Assembly: GCA_026003235.1 (NCBI GenBank)
Contig: BPGW01000005.1
Span: 87,210-151,209 of the forward strand
DNA length: 64,000 nt
Direction: 5' to 3'
Source: Bacteroidia bacterium
GTDB lineage: Bacteria > Bacteroidota > Bacteroidia > SpSt-205
In this document: piece after piece, positions 19,087-28,143 of the stretch
Numbering within the stretch: the stretch's first letter is position 1
Layout: the number at the start of each line of letters is the position of its first letter
The notes under the pieces: model-generated
What the model was told of the DNA's origin: nothing
The model's database searches: none
What the model saw: the letters and a program-made list of their open reading frames with translations, nothing else
Program-made: the position numbers and the translations under genes

Positions 19087-22000
19087 TTATTGCTTGTTCT
19101 TGTTTCTCTTGTTATACTCCATGCAGGCTTTTTTCCAAGATTCTGACATTACAGGTCTTTTTAAGGATGATTTTTCGTTTCTGGGTATAAAGTCGCCAAA
19201 GTTTTGTTCATAATATGAGAAATTTCCACAGTATCTACAGAAGGTATCCAAAAGCCGGGCTATGTTGTCATCTACGTCTTTGAGGCTTTGGATGCCCAGG
19301 TTGAACCCGAAAATCCTATCAATGCCCCCCGCAACGCCGCAAGGGTAATAGCCCAGCTGATTCAGGCCGATTCCACAATAAGAGGTAATCCAACAGCCTT
19401 TGTAATACTCTTTTTCTTTGCCATCAGGCTTATCTATGGGCGCATCGTTGAAGGGCGTGAAGTAAGACACTACTCGGTCTTGTTTGAACGACATAGAATC
19501 TATAACCAGGTTCTTATGCTTAGGTAGTTTGTTGAGTTTCTCTATGACTTCCTTGCCGAAATCATTGCTTGTTACTTTCAGGATCGTGTCTAGCGAATGT
19601 TTTTCTATGTATTCTTGTAGTATAAAGGTGACTATTTCCACAAATTGCTCATGCATGGTCGGTTCTCCTCCCAGTATATTTATTATTTTCCATTTCTTGC
19701 CCAGCTCGATGCTTTCATACACAAACTGCTTAATTTGCTGCATGGTCATGGCCTCCTTGGTGGGAGCCTGGGTAGAAGAGCGATTACAATTTAGGCATTT
19801 GAGGTTGCATTCGTATGTAATGTCTATCTCTATCTGCTCCAAGTTAGGCTTGAAGGTTTTTCTTCCTATAAATACATCCTTAGGTGACTTCTTGGGCTTG
19901 TTTAGTATCTCTGCGATGATTTCTTCTTTTCTTTGTTTTATTTCGGGTGTATTAGGTGTGGTCCTATCGTGAAGCACATTGAAGTAAGGCAGGAAGTCGG
20001 GATTTTGGGCCATCTCCACGATGGGAACCATGTAGGAGAAGTCTGAGCAGTACTCTGGAAAGACGGTGTGGAGGCTGAGCCTGAGAGGCAGGGGAAGGGT
20101 TGGTTGATTCTTCGCGCTTATTTTGAGATCCCTTAAGGATAGACTATCAAAGAGATATTTCTTGAAAGAGTGAAGGTGCTGCCATACATTTCCACCGTTG
20201 AGTCTTGGGTTTATAAAGTTTGGAGTATACTTGTAGTGAGGGTGAATCTTGTCGGTTCTATACATCTTTCCTACTACGACATCGCAACCGTATATACGGT
20301 ATTTTTTGACTAGATCGCTCAAGGCATTCTTTCCAATCAGTGCATCGTCACCATCAAGCACACAAACTATACTTTGCTGATTGCCCATGAAGTAGTGGAT
20401 AGCTTTATATATATTTTGGGCCCTACCTACTCGGAATCTATTCTCTATAAAGGTGACCTTATCTCTAAAGGGCTTTATCAGTTCTCGTATGAAATGGCCA
20501 AGTCCATTATCGGAAGCGTCATCTATGAGGATCAAGCCCCAGTCTTGGTAGGTTTGGCTTATCACAGAATACCAGTAGCGCAGGAACCGAGAGAGGGGTA
20601 AATTCCGAAAGCATGACACAAGGACCAGCTCTTCGTTTCGTTTCGGGAGTGTCCAGTCATAATAAGAGCCGGCTAAGTCAACCTCACCCACTTGTGCCTC
20701 GGGTATTTGATTTTTCTCCACCCTATCTACCATAGTGAACCATACGTCTTTGTCTGTTTTTTTGAAGTTTTCGGGGTGTATATAGAAAGAGCGGCTGTCT
20801 CCTCCTCGGACTGAGCAGGTATGAGTGTCCTTCTGACGCTGCTCCAGAGCACGGTACCAACTTTTTTGGAAGAAACCTCCTATTACTTGGTTACTGAGAG
20901 GGAGTATTCGCTCTATGCGACTTTTCTTGAGCAAACAAAACCGAACCTCCGGAACAAATCCTCCCCCCTCAAAGCCATGATAGGGGGTAAAAGAGGGTTG
21001 TTTACCCTTGTAAATGTTGAATCCGACAGAAAGAACTTCCGGATGTTCCTCTATGCAAGATATCATGTCGTCTAAAAAGGAGTGCTGTCTATCTAGTCGT
21101 CCAATCATGACATCACAATCCATTTGCAGCACCAAGTCGTTTTGGGCTACTTCAAACGCATAGAGTTGGGCTGTGACGGGTATGCCCTCAACGGTGTGTG
21201 TGGCTTCCGTCTCTATCCCGAACCACTTCTTGTTGATGTGCAGGATGTCTTCTTGGGATGGGAAAATAACTTTGTCTATGATAGATTCTTCAATGAGTTT
21301 TTGAGCTTCCCGCATGAGATCTTCCCAAGTGCTGTTAGAGTTATATTCCCTTAGGAAGTCGCAGGTTCGGATGTCCAGGGCCAGGATTTTTTCATCAAAG
21401 GCATGGGGGAAAGATAGCTGGCGAATGATATGTTTCGCTGCCTGGTAAATTATCTCAGCATCCTGTACGCAAGCTTTTATTACTAAGCTAACTTTCTGTT
21501 TAGGTGGTACGATCTCTCTGACATTGAGTATTATTTTATTAGGAGAGAAGTAGTTTTGTGCGTTGATTTCCAATCCTTCGTGATAAATACTTTCAAGAAA
21601 AAGATTTTTATTCAGCAACTCCCAGAAAAGTATTTCTGGATTGAAATCGTCTTGATAGCCTACCCTATAAATACCTGGCTTCTTAACTTCGGATGTATTT
21701 TGTATATCTGTAACCTGATGGGAGCTAAAGAGTTGTGTATTGTTTATTTTTTCTACGCTTTCGCTGTATATGATCTTTGTAAATACTTCATTGGCGAACT
21801 GTTGAAGCCCCTCAAGCTCAGGCAGATCAAAATTATTTATGGCACTTCGGCGTAATTTGATGATAAAGTCTTGGTGAGCGTTTGGGTATTTTACATATAT
21901 ATAGGCTCTGGCTATCATGTTTAGGAATAGGTTGTCGCTATAGTCCTCGTTCTCGTAATCTACCCACTTAAGATTTCCATTCACTCGGACAAAGTTGAAC

Positions 22001-22371
22001 GGACTTATGTCACTGAAGGCTAATCTTTTAGACCAACATTCTACCAAAAAGGCCTGTATCTCCTCTTTTTCAAAGTTCATACAGGGGGTAGTTTCCCGAT
22101 AGTAAGGACATATCAAGATAAAATAGTTTTCCTTTTCTATGATGTGTTCTATGGGATAGATGAACTTAGATTGGTTGAATTTTTCTTGTTTTTCTTTGAT
22201 TTTTTGTAGCAATTCTTTAGAGCAAAAGGCCTCATCTTCAGGAAGCCATACCTTGTACACCTTTTGCTCATCGGCAAAGGTGACAAACTTCTTTCCTGCT
22301 CCCAGGAAGCGGAACTCTTGATGAGGATGGAGTTCTCTCAAAAGGGCTAGGGCAGTTTCTGTCCTTGACAT
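19087..22371 (-). CDS. Multidomain protein: kinase-like + GT-A + GT2 + radical SAM with twitch/SPASM-like Cys
   Basis: Kinase-like LGAG, VYKV, SDISPFNF, WVDY. GT motifs QMDCDV, SQTYQDWGLILIDDASD, LDGDD. Radical SAM CNLKCLNC (19786-19809) and GGEPT. C-terminal GCWITSYC, YPC, CRYC. Confidence 0.85.
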   Translation of the reverse strand: MSRTETALALLRELHPHQEFRFLGAGKKFVTFADEQKVYKVWLPEDEAFCSKELLQKIKEKQEKFNQSKFIYPIEHIIEKENYFILICPYYRETTPCMNFEKEEIQAFLVECWSKRLAFSDISPFNFVRVNGNLKWVDYENEDYSDNLFLNMIARAYIYVKYPNAHQDFIIKLRRSAINNFDLPELEGLQQFANEVFTKIIYSESVEKINNTQLFSSHQVTDIQNTSEVKKPGIYRVGYQDDFNPEILFWELLNKNLFLESIYHEGLEINAQNYFSPNKIILNVREIVPPKQKVSLVIKACVQDAEIIYQAAKHIIRQLSFPHAFDEKILALDIRTCDFLREYNSNSTWEDLMREAQKLIEESIIDKVIFPSQEDILHINKKWFGIETEATHTVEGIPVTAQLYAFEVAQNDLVLQMDCDVMIGRLDRQHSFLDDMISCIEEHPEVLSVGFNIYKGKQPSFTPYHGFEGGGFVPEVRFCLLKKSRIERILPLSNQVIGGFFQKSWYRALEQRQKDTHTCSVRGGDSRSFYIHPENFKKTDKDVWFTMVDRVEKNQIPEAQVGEVDLAGSYYDWTLPKRNEELVLVSCFRNLPLSRFLRYWYSVISQTYQDWGLILIDDASDNGLGHFIRELIKPFRDKVTFIENRFRVGRAQNIYKAIHYFMGNQQSIVCVLDGDDALIGKNALSDLVKKYRIYGCDVVVGKMYRTDKIHPHYKYTPNFINPRLNGGNVWQHLHSFKKYLFDSLSLRDLKISAKNQPTLPLPLRLSLHTVFPEYCSDFSYMVPIVEMAQNPDFLPYFNVLHDRTTPNTPEIKQRKEEIIAEILNKPKKSPKDVFIGRKTFKPNLEQIEIDITYECNLKCLNCNRSSTQAPTKEAMTMQQIKQFVYESIELGKKWKIINILGGEPTMHEQFVEIVTFILQEYIEKHSLDTILKVTSNDFGKEVIEKLNKLPKHKNLVIDSMSFKQDRVVSYFTPFNDAPIDKPDGKEKEYYKGCWITSYCGIGLNQLGYYPCGVAGGIDRIFGFNLGIQSLKDVDDNIARLLDTFCRYCGNFSYYEQNFGDFIPRNEKSSLKRPVMSESWKKACMEYNKRNKNKQ

Positions 22372-23933
22372 ACGCTATTCAAAAAAAAGTGATAGAGTCT
22401 TATTCGGCTCTCTTTGTAATCTTCAGCGCGCTTGTTTGTCTCCGTTAGGTTGCCGTTGAGGGTGTAATACGAGTATATCAGTTCTTCAGCCGCATAGATT
22501 TTGATTTTGTCCTTCTGAAGTATCAATAAGACGACAAACCAGTGATCTTCTGCGCTCTTTTGATCGGGATACTCCACCTCTACCCAAGGCGTGATAAAGG
22601 TATTACAGGAGGGCAGCTCTGCACGAGGCTTGTTTTGAGCCATTGCCCGTAGTCTACGCAGTAGATATTTTTCTTCAAGTAACTTAGGGGTAGCCCTATT
22701 TACCCAGTTTAGTACACGACCCTTCTTGATCTGTTTGTTTCCGGCGAGCAAGACGTCAAACTTCTCTCTTTCAAATATATGCTCCACATGACTTAGCGTG
22801 TCTTCGCTGTAGATCGCATCGTCGGCGTCTAAGCGACCTATAAGGACACAATGCGGGAAGTTTTGCCTAACGTATTCATTAAGAAAGTTTCTCTTTTGAG
22901 CCACGCTTCCACGGGGGACATCTACCAACAAAATATTGGCGTGTGTCCTCATGATTTTTCTTACGATTTGCTCGGTTCCATCATCAGATTCGTCAAGACC
23001 AATAAGTAGTACCAATTCTCTCCTGACATTCTTCTGATTTATGAAAGAATAAATAGCTCTTTCAATTGTTCTCTCGGCATTTTTTGCTAACATGCAGATC
23101 AAAATTTGTTCTCTTGGGTGGTATCCAAAAAGTCTGGAGGCGCGTTCCATAGAGCGTTCAAAGGCTTGCCGAGAAAAGATTCTTTTGTATTTCCTGTAAA
23201 AATAAAACAAGCTTTGGTGTTTCTTGACTGCGTCTTTACTTACTTTTGATCTGCAGTGGTTGTAATGTTTTACTCCATAGCTCTCAATTACTTCTATTGT
23301 ATCGGGCTTGTAAGCTGTGAGGAACCGGATCATGAGGTCCCTATCGGTGGTGGCCGGGAGGGCTTCATCAAACCCGCCAATCCGAACTAAAGCCTCTGTT
23401 TTGAAGAACATGTTGCTTGCTTGTACGCCGGGGTTGCCGACATAAAACTCCTCTGGAGTCAATTGCTCCTTAGTTAGCGCGAAGTGCTGTACGGTTCCAT
23501 CTTCGTTTACCCAGAAAAGCCGTTGAAAAATAGCCTGCGTTTTCTCGTTTGCCCGGCTAATACAATCCCACAAGTGCGTAGGTAAGTATTCATCGTCGTC
23601 ATCCAATATGCTTACGAAGCTGTTAGGTTCTCTCTCGTAAGCCTGGTATATCCCCGTGTTCCATGCCCCGGTGCCAGACCTATACCGAGTGCGCGTATTT
23701 CTCAGGATCTCTGTATGAAAATCATCATGCTTTAGGTGTAGCTTATTTCGTAAATGATAGACACTTTCCTGAATTTTGTAAAACTCTTGCTCATCAATGT
23801 TGTCATCTATGATCAAGGCCTCTACATTTTTTGCTTCTACGCTCTCTTGCTTGTACACCGAGAGCAAGGCGCGCTTTATTAGCCATTCTGTTCTGCATTG
23901 GGAAGTAGCTATCAAGACAAATATCTTATACAT
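22347..23933 (-). CDS. Tandem GT2-GT2 glycosyltransferase
   Basis: Domain 1: IIDDN, AWNTG, ILDDDDEY, GGFDE, TDRDL. Domain 2: KNAERTIERAI, DESDDGT, RLDADD, AEDHW. Confidence 0.88.
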   Translation of the reverse strand: MYKIFVLIATSQCRTEWLIKRALLSVYKQESVEAKNVEALIIDDNIDEQEFYKIQESVYHLRNKLHLKHDDFHTEILRNTRTRYRSGTGAWNTGIYQAYEREPNSFVSILDDDDEYLPTHLWDCISRANEKTQAIFQRLFWVNEDGTVQHFALTKEQLTPEEFYVGNPGVQASNMFFKTEALVRIGGFDEALPATTDRDLMIRFLTAYKPDTIEVIESYGVKHYNHCRSKVSKDAVKKHQSLFYFYRKYKRIFSRQAFERSMERASRLFGYHPREQILICMLAKNAERTIERAIYSFINQKNVRRELVLLIGLDESDDGTEQIVRKIMRTHANILLVDVPRGSVAQKRNFLNEYVRQNFPHCVLIGRLDADDAIYSEDTLSHVEHIFEREKFDVLLAGNKQIKKGRVLNWVNRATPKLLEEKYLLRRLRAMAQNKPRAELPSCNTFITPWVEVEYPDQKSAEDHWFVVLLILQKDKIKIYAAEELIYSYYTLNGNLTETNKRAEDYKESRIRLYHFFLNSVCQGQKLP

Positions 23934-24021
23934 TTTTCAAAATAAATTGAAAGAAAACAGGGCTTCTTTTCAAGAAACGGTCTAAACTGCTATTTTTTAC
24001 GAAAGAGCATTCAGGTGTCAT
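23926..24021 (-). CDS. Possible 31-aa leader or precursor peptide MTPECSFVKNSSLDRFLKRSPVFFQFILKNV
   Basis: First ATG after the TATCTTTG element. Its end overlaps the GT2 start codon (ATGTATAA). It may be non-coding. Confidence 0.2.
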   Translation of the reverse strand: MTPECSFVKNSSLDRFLKRSPVFFQFILKNV

Positions 24022-24047
24022 GGTTTGTGCCTTTTTGAGGGCCTGTG

Positions 24048-24055
24048 CAAAGATA
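24048..24055 (-). promoter_or_regulatory. -7 element TATCTTTG upstream of the GT/radical SAM islet
   Basis: Exact TAnnTTTG match, back to back with the 24091 element. Confidence 0.5.
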
Positions 24056-24090
24056 TAGTAGTGTGGCCGGTTGGAGGGCAAGCGGTTTTG

Positions 24091-24098
24091 TACCTTTG
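24091..24098 (+). promoter_or_regulatory. -7 element TACCTTTG, 4 nt before ATG 24103
   Basis: Exact TAnnTTTG match. Confidence 0.6.
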
Positions 24099-24102
24099 CG
24101 GC

Positions 24103-25311
24103 ATGGCCAAGGTGATGGTGGTAGGGGCGGGTGCGGTGTCGCAAGTCACGGTATGCAAGCTGGCCCGTCGTCCAGACCTTTTCTCGGAGATAGTGGTAGC
24201 AAGCCGTACCTTCGCTAAGTGCCAAGCGCTGGCTCACAAGCATCCCCACGCTCGCATTATCCCCGAAGCGTTGGATGCCGACAACGTCAGCGAAACCGTA
24301 GCCCTTCTTAAAAAGCACCGGCCTGCTTTGCTCCTCAACTTGGCGCTCCCTTACCAGGACCTTCCCCTCATGGATGCGTGCCTGGAAGCAGGGGTGGATT
24401 ACTTGGACACCGCTTCTTACGAACCCCCTAATGTGCCCCTCTATGAATACCGCTACCAGTGGGCCTACCAAGAGAAGTACCAGCAAGCAGGCCTCATGGC
24501 TGTACTGGGCATAGGCTTTGACCCGGGTGTCACCAATGCCTTTGTGGCCTACGCGGCGAAGCACCTCTTTGACGAAATACACTACTTAGATATCGTAGAC
24601 TGCAACGCGGGCCAGCATGGCCGCCCCTTCGCCACCAACTTCAACTTGGAAATCAACCTGCGTGAAATCACCCAGCCCGGCCGTTACTACGAAAACGGCC
24701 AGCTGGTGGAAGTGCCGCCCCTTTCTATCTCCCAAGATGTGCGATTCCCCGAAATCGGGGTGCGTAAGGCCTACCTCATCTTCCACGAAGAGCTGGAATC
24801 GCTGGTCAAACACTTCCCTACCATTCGCCGCGCTCGGTTTTGGATGACTTTTAGCGATTCTTACCTCATGCACCTAAGAGCCTTCATAAACGCAGGCCTT
24901 ACGCGCATAGATCCTGTAGACTACGAAGGCCATCCTGTAGTGCCAATCAAGTTTTTGCAAAAACTCCTTCCCGATCCCGCCTCACTGGCTCCGGATTACA
25001 AGGGGTGGGTTTCGATCGGGGTGCAGCTTCGGGGCATCTATCAGGGGCAGCCCCGCACGGCGTATATCTACACCAACATCCGGCATGAATGGGCATACCA
25101 AGATTGCGGAGCGCAGGCGGTGGCTTATACCGCAGGGGTGCCCCCGGCTGTGGCGGCTGAACTGATGCTAACAGGGGTGTGGAAACGCCCCGGCGTGTGG
25201 AATGTAGAGCAGCTCGATCCGGATCCCCTATTAGAACGGCTACCTGCCGCTGGCCTACCTTGGAAAGTCGTGGTGGATTATCCGCTGGATTTTACGGACG
25301 TGCCCGAATGA
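24103..25311 (+). CDS. Saccharopine dehydrogenase family, carboxy(nor)spermidine dehydrogenase-like
   Basis: VVGAGAV, ALPYQDL, YLDTASYEP, GFDPGVTN, FATNFN.EINLRE, HEELESL. Confidence 0.88.
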   Translation: MAKVMVVGAGAVSQVTVCKLARRPDLFSEIVVASRTFAKCQALAHKHPHARIIPEALDADNVSETVALLKKHRPALLLNLALPYQDLPLMDACLEAGVDYLDTASYEPPNVPLYEYRYQWAYQEKYQQAGLMAVLGIGFDPGVTNAFVAYAAKHLFDEIHYLDIVDCNAGQHGRPFATNFNLEINLREITQPGRYYENGQLVEVPPLSISQDVRFPEIGVRKAYLIFHEELESLVKHFPTIRRARFWMTFSDSYLMHLRAFINAGLTRIDPVDYEGHPVVPIKFLQKLLPDPASLAPDYKGWVSIGVQLRGIYQGQPRTAYIYTNIRHEWAYQDCGAQAVAYTAGVPPAVAAELMLTGVWKRPGVWNVEQLDPDPLLERLPAAGLPWKVVVDYPLDFTDVPE

Positions 25312-26027
25312 CCCGCCTCAGCGTCAATATCAATAAAGTAGCCTTGCTGCGCAACTCCCGAGGAGGGAACATCCCAGATGTGGTGGCGTTTGCGTTGGCT
25401 TGCGAGCGGCTGGGGGCTGATGGGATTACGGTGCACCCAAGGCCTGATGAGCGGCACATTCGGCGCACCGACGTCTTGGCGCTGCGGGATGCCTTAGGGG
25501 TGGAACTCAATGTGGAGGGGTATCCTTCGCCGGCTTTTCTGGCGCTCATTCAGCAGGTGCGGCCAGCGCAGGTTACGCTGGTGCCTGACCCGCCCGAAGC
25601 TCGCACCTCCGACCATGGCTGGGATACGGTGGCCCAAGCCGAGTTTTTGCGTCCTATCGTAGCTCAGCTCAAGGCATGGGGGGTGCGCGTGAGCCTCTTC
25701 GTAGACCCTGTCCCAGCCATGGTAGAAGGAGCCCAAGCCCTTGGCGCAGATTGCGTGGAACTCTACACCGGTCCGTATGCCCACCATTTTCTTCATAACC
25801 CCGAAGAGGCCATCGCACCGTACCAAGCAGCCGCCCAGCGCGCCGCCGAACTTGGCCTGCGCCTTCATGCCGGCCACGACCTGAACCTGCATAATCTCCG
25901 CTACCTACGCCTGAACCTTCCCCACCTGGCTGAAGTCTCCATCGGGCACGCGCTCATCGCTGATACCTTGTACCTGGGCTTAGCCGAGACCTTGCGCCGC
26001 TACAAACACGCGCTCCGTGACCCTTGA
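25308..26027 (+). CDS. pdxJ: Pyridoxine 5'-phosphate synthase
   Basis: LSVNINKVALLRNSRG, GITVHPRPDERH, HAGHDL, EVSIGH. Confidence 0.95.
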   Translation: MTRLSVNINKVALLRNSRGGNIPDVVAFALACERLGADGITVHPRPDERHIRRTDVLALRDALGVELNVEGYPSPAFLALIQQVRPAQVTLVPDPPEARTSDHGWDTVAQAEFLRPIVAQLKAWGVRVSLFVDPVPAMVEGAQALGADCVELYTGPYAHHFLHNPEEAIAPYQAAAQRAAELGLRLHAGHDLNLHNLRYLRLNLPHLAEVSIGHALIADTLYLGLAETLRRYKHALRDP

Positions 26028-27117
26028 GTCCATTCTGTGGGGCAGCTTCCGCTTACTGCTGGTCGTAGGAGGAGGGTGGGTGGCCCATGTTTTTCTCAAA
26101 CCGCTCACCGAAGTATGGGACCTGCGAGATTGGGCCTATAAACGGTGGCCTGCTGTAGCCCCAGACACCCAGATCGTCATCGTGGACATAGGCAAAATGG
26201 AGCGGGCTCGCCTGGCCGCGCTCTTGGAACGAATAGGGGCCGCCGCACCGGCCTTTATTGGGATTGATGCGGTCTTTCCTTTTCAGCGGGATTCGCAGCA
26301 GGACAGCGCTTGGTCGCTTGCTTTGTGTCGCACGGCGAACGTGGTGCCCATCGCCCTGGCCTGCAGCCTGGATTTGCGGTACCCCCTCCTGCATGCGCCG
26401 CCCCTTCGTAAAAGCCTGAACCGTTTTGCCGGATGTACGGGCCTGGAGGCTTTTGCTAACCTTCTGACTCGCGACTCGGTACGAGTGGTGCGCGAATACT
26501 TGCTTTATACCGTCACAGGTAGAGATACCCACTGGTCGCTGGCGCTGGCGGCGGCTCTGGCTCGCGATCCTTACCTGCGCTGGGAACTGCCTGCCTGGGC
26601 AGGGCCTGTCCCTATCCGCTTCCGAGGAAACCTGGAGCACTTCTACTACCTCAATGGGGAAGAGGTGCTGCGAGATAGCCTCTCCTTAGGTTGGCTGCGG
26701 GATAAAATCGTTTTCCTGGGGCTGGCGGATCCCTTGCGAGGGACGCTGGAGGACATCTTTTTCTCCCCTTTCAGCGCAGCTATCACCGATCGCCGCTTCC
26801 CAGACATGTATGGGGTGGTGATCCATGCCAATGTCACCTCTATGTTGCTCCAGCGCTGGCGCTTTAGCCCTGTGCCTGAAGGGTGGGCGCTTGCGGCGTT
26901 GGGGGTCTGGTACCTGCTTCTGGGCTGGATCACACAACGGCTCAAACACCCAACCTGGCGAGGGCTACTAATACGAGCCGTGCAAGGGCTTACGCTGGTA
27001 GGAGCTTGGAAAGCCTTGATGGCGCTTACGGTAGCGGGGCACTGGGTGCCCTGGGTCAGTTTCTTTGCGGGGGTTCTGATCGCAGGCGAAGTAGAACTCT
27101 TGCGCGCCCGCAAATAG
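26017..27117 (+). CDS. CHASE2-domain membrane protein without cytoplasmic output domain
   Basis: IVIVDI, RARLAALL, IGID..F, LRDKIVFLG, MYGVVIHAN, then three TM helices and a stop. Confidence 0.8.
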   Translation: MTLESILWGSFRLLLVVGGGWVAHVFLKPLTEVWDLRDWAYKRWPAVAPDTQIVIVDIGKMERARLAALLERIGAAAPAFIGIDAVFPFQRDSQQDSAWSLALCRTANVVPIALACSLDLRYPLLHAPPLRKSLNRFAGCTGLEAFANLLTRDSVRVVREYLLYTVTGRDTHWSLALAAALARDPYLRWELPAWAGPVPIRFRGNLEHFYYLNGEEVLRDSLSLGWLRDKIVFLGLADPLRGTLEDIFFSPFSAAITDRRFPDMYGVVIHANVTSMLLQRWRFSPVPEGWALAALGVWYLLLGWITQRLKHPTWRGLLIRAVQGLTLVGAWKALMALTVAGHWVPWVSFFAGVLIAGEVELLRARK

Positions 27118-27149
27118 ATTTGGCACGCTATTTGCTCTATTTTCTCCTC

Positions 27150-28067
27150 ATGCGAACTCTGTGGCAGGTTTCGGTAGCCCTGATAGGGGCTTTTTCGCTG
27201 AGCGTGTATGGACAGTCCATCACGGTTCTTGCAACGCGCGGCGATGTCCAAGTAGAACAGTCCAGCGGAGCTTGGGTGCGTGCTTCGGCCGGCATGAAGC
27301 TCTCGGAGCAGCAGAAAATCAAGCTGGCGCCCCAGTCGTATGTGGCCCTCGTCTTCCCTGGCAATAAAACCCGAGAAATCCGACAACCCGGCACTTATAC
27401 CCTGGCTCAACTGACCGGCCAGCGGGCCAGTGCAGAAGATAACCCTTATGCCGCCCGTTACACCGGCTACGTGCTCAATCAGGCGATTGCTTCGGGTGCG
27501 GGGCGTGCTTCAGGGCGAACCTTAGGCGCGGTCACGCGCTCCACGATGGCTCCCGCCCCTCGCACCCCAGCCCAGAGTGCGTTCTATCCCGAAAAGATCG
27601 TCTTCCAGTGGGACCGTGTGCCTGGCTCGGAAGGGTACATCATTGAAATCCTGGATGAAGGCGGCAGTGTGATCCACACGCAGGAAGTTCCGGCGGATCA
27701 AACCAGCGCTGAGCTCTCCTTGGGCGGCAAGCTCAAGCCAGGCCCTTGCCACTATTGGCGGATCAGTACCCGGCGTTATGCCAGCCTCCACTCCAATAAC
27801 ACCTGCTTCCGGGTGCTCTCGCCTGAAAAAGCCGCTGCCCTCAAAAAAGAAGAAGAGGCCCTGCGCAGGAGCGTAGACGCGCAAACGGCTCTGGGCCAAG
27901 CGCTCTTGGGAGCCTTCTACGAGCAGAACGGCCTGTATGGATACGCCTGGCAAGCTTACCATCAGGCGGCTACCCTGGAACCCGACGCCGATGGGTACGT
28001 GGCGCTGCGGGATGGGCTCAGCCAACGCGCCGCCCAACAGGCTTCCGCCGCCCCTGTAAAAGAGTAA
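27150..28067 (+). CDS. Secreted protein with FecR-like N-terminus and DUF928-like C-terminus
   Basis: Signal peptide then Q. RGDVQV...AGMKL...IKLAPQSYVAL, GAVTRS, FQW...LKPG..HYWRI...FRVL...YEQNGLY. Confidence 0.6.
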   Translation: MRTLWQVSVALIGAFSLSVYGQSITVLATRGDVQVEQSSGAWVRASAGMKLSEQQKIKLAPQSYVALVFPGNKTREIRQPGTYTLAQLTGQRASAEDNPYAARYTGYVLNQAIASGAGRASGRTLGAVTRSTMAPAPRTPAQSAFYPEKIVFQWDRVPGSEGYIIEILDEGGSVIHTQEVPADQTSAELSLGGKLKPGPCHYWRISTRRYASLHSNNTCFRVLSPEKAAALKKEEEALRRSVDAQTALGQALLGAFYEQNGLYGYAWQAYHQAATLEPDADGYVALRDGLSQRAAQQASAAPVKE

Positions 28068-28091
28068 ATACACTTCTGTATGGGATTGCAT

Positions 28092-28117
28092 ACACTGGGG
28101 GAAGCCTCCCCCAGTGT
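28092..28117 (+). terminator. Perfect 11-bp hairpin after the pdxJ-CHASE2 run
   Basis: ACACTGGGGGA-AGCC-TCCCCCAGTGT with a weak U-tract. Confidence 0.55.
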
Positions 28118-28143
28118 TCCCATTTAAGTCGTACCTTTTGCGT

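Larger units (their letters stand above)
19080..24030. other. AT-rich, probably horizontally acquired islet (two large genes, no mobility genes)
   Basis: Hand-counted 60-nt lines: 18/60 GC at 22141 and 22/60 at 20401, versus 42/60 at 16321 in the flank. The proteins are Lys/Ile/Asn-rich. Boundaries are approximate. Confidence 0.75.

Noticed and set aside
19087-19850. Viperin assignment for the radical SAM domain
   Set aside because: It carries extra twitch-like Cys motifs and I could not see viperin-specific motifs, so it is kept as a generic radical SAM domain.
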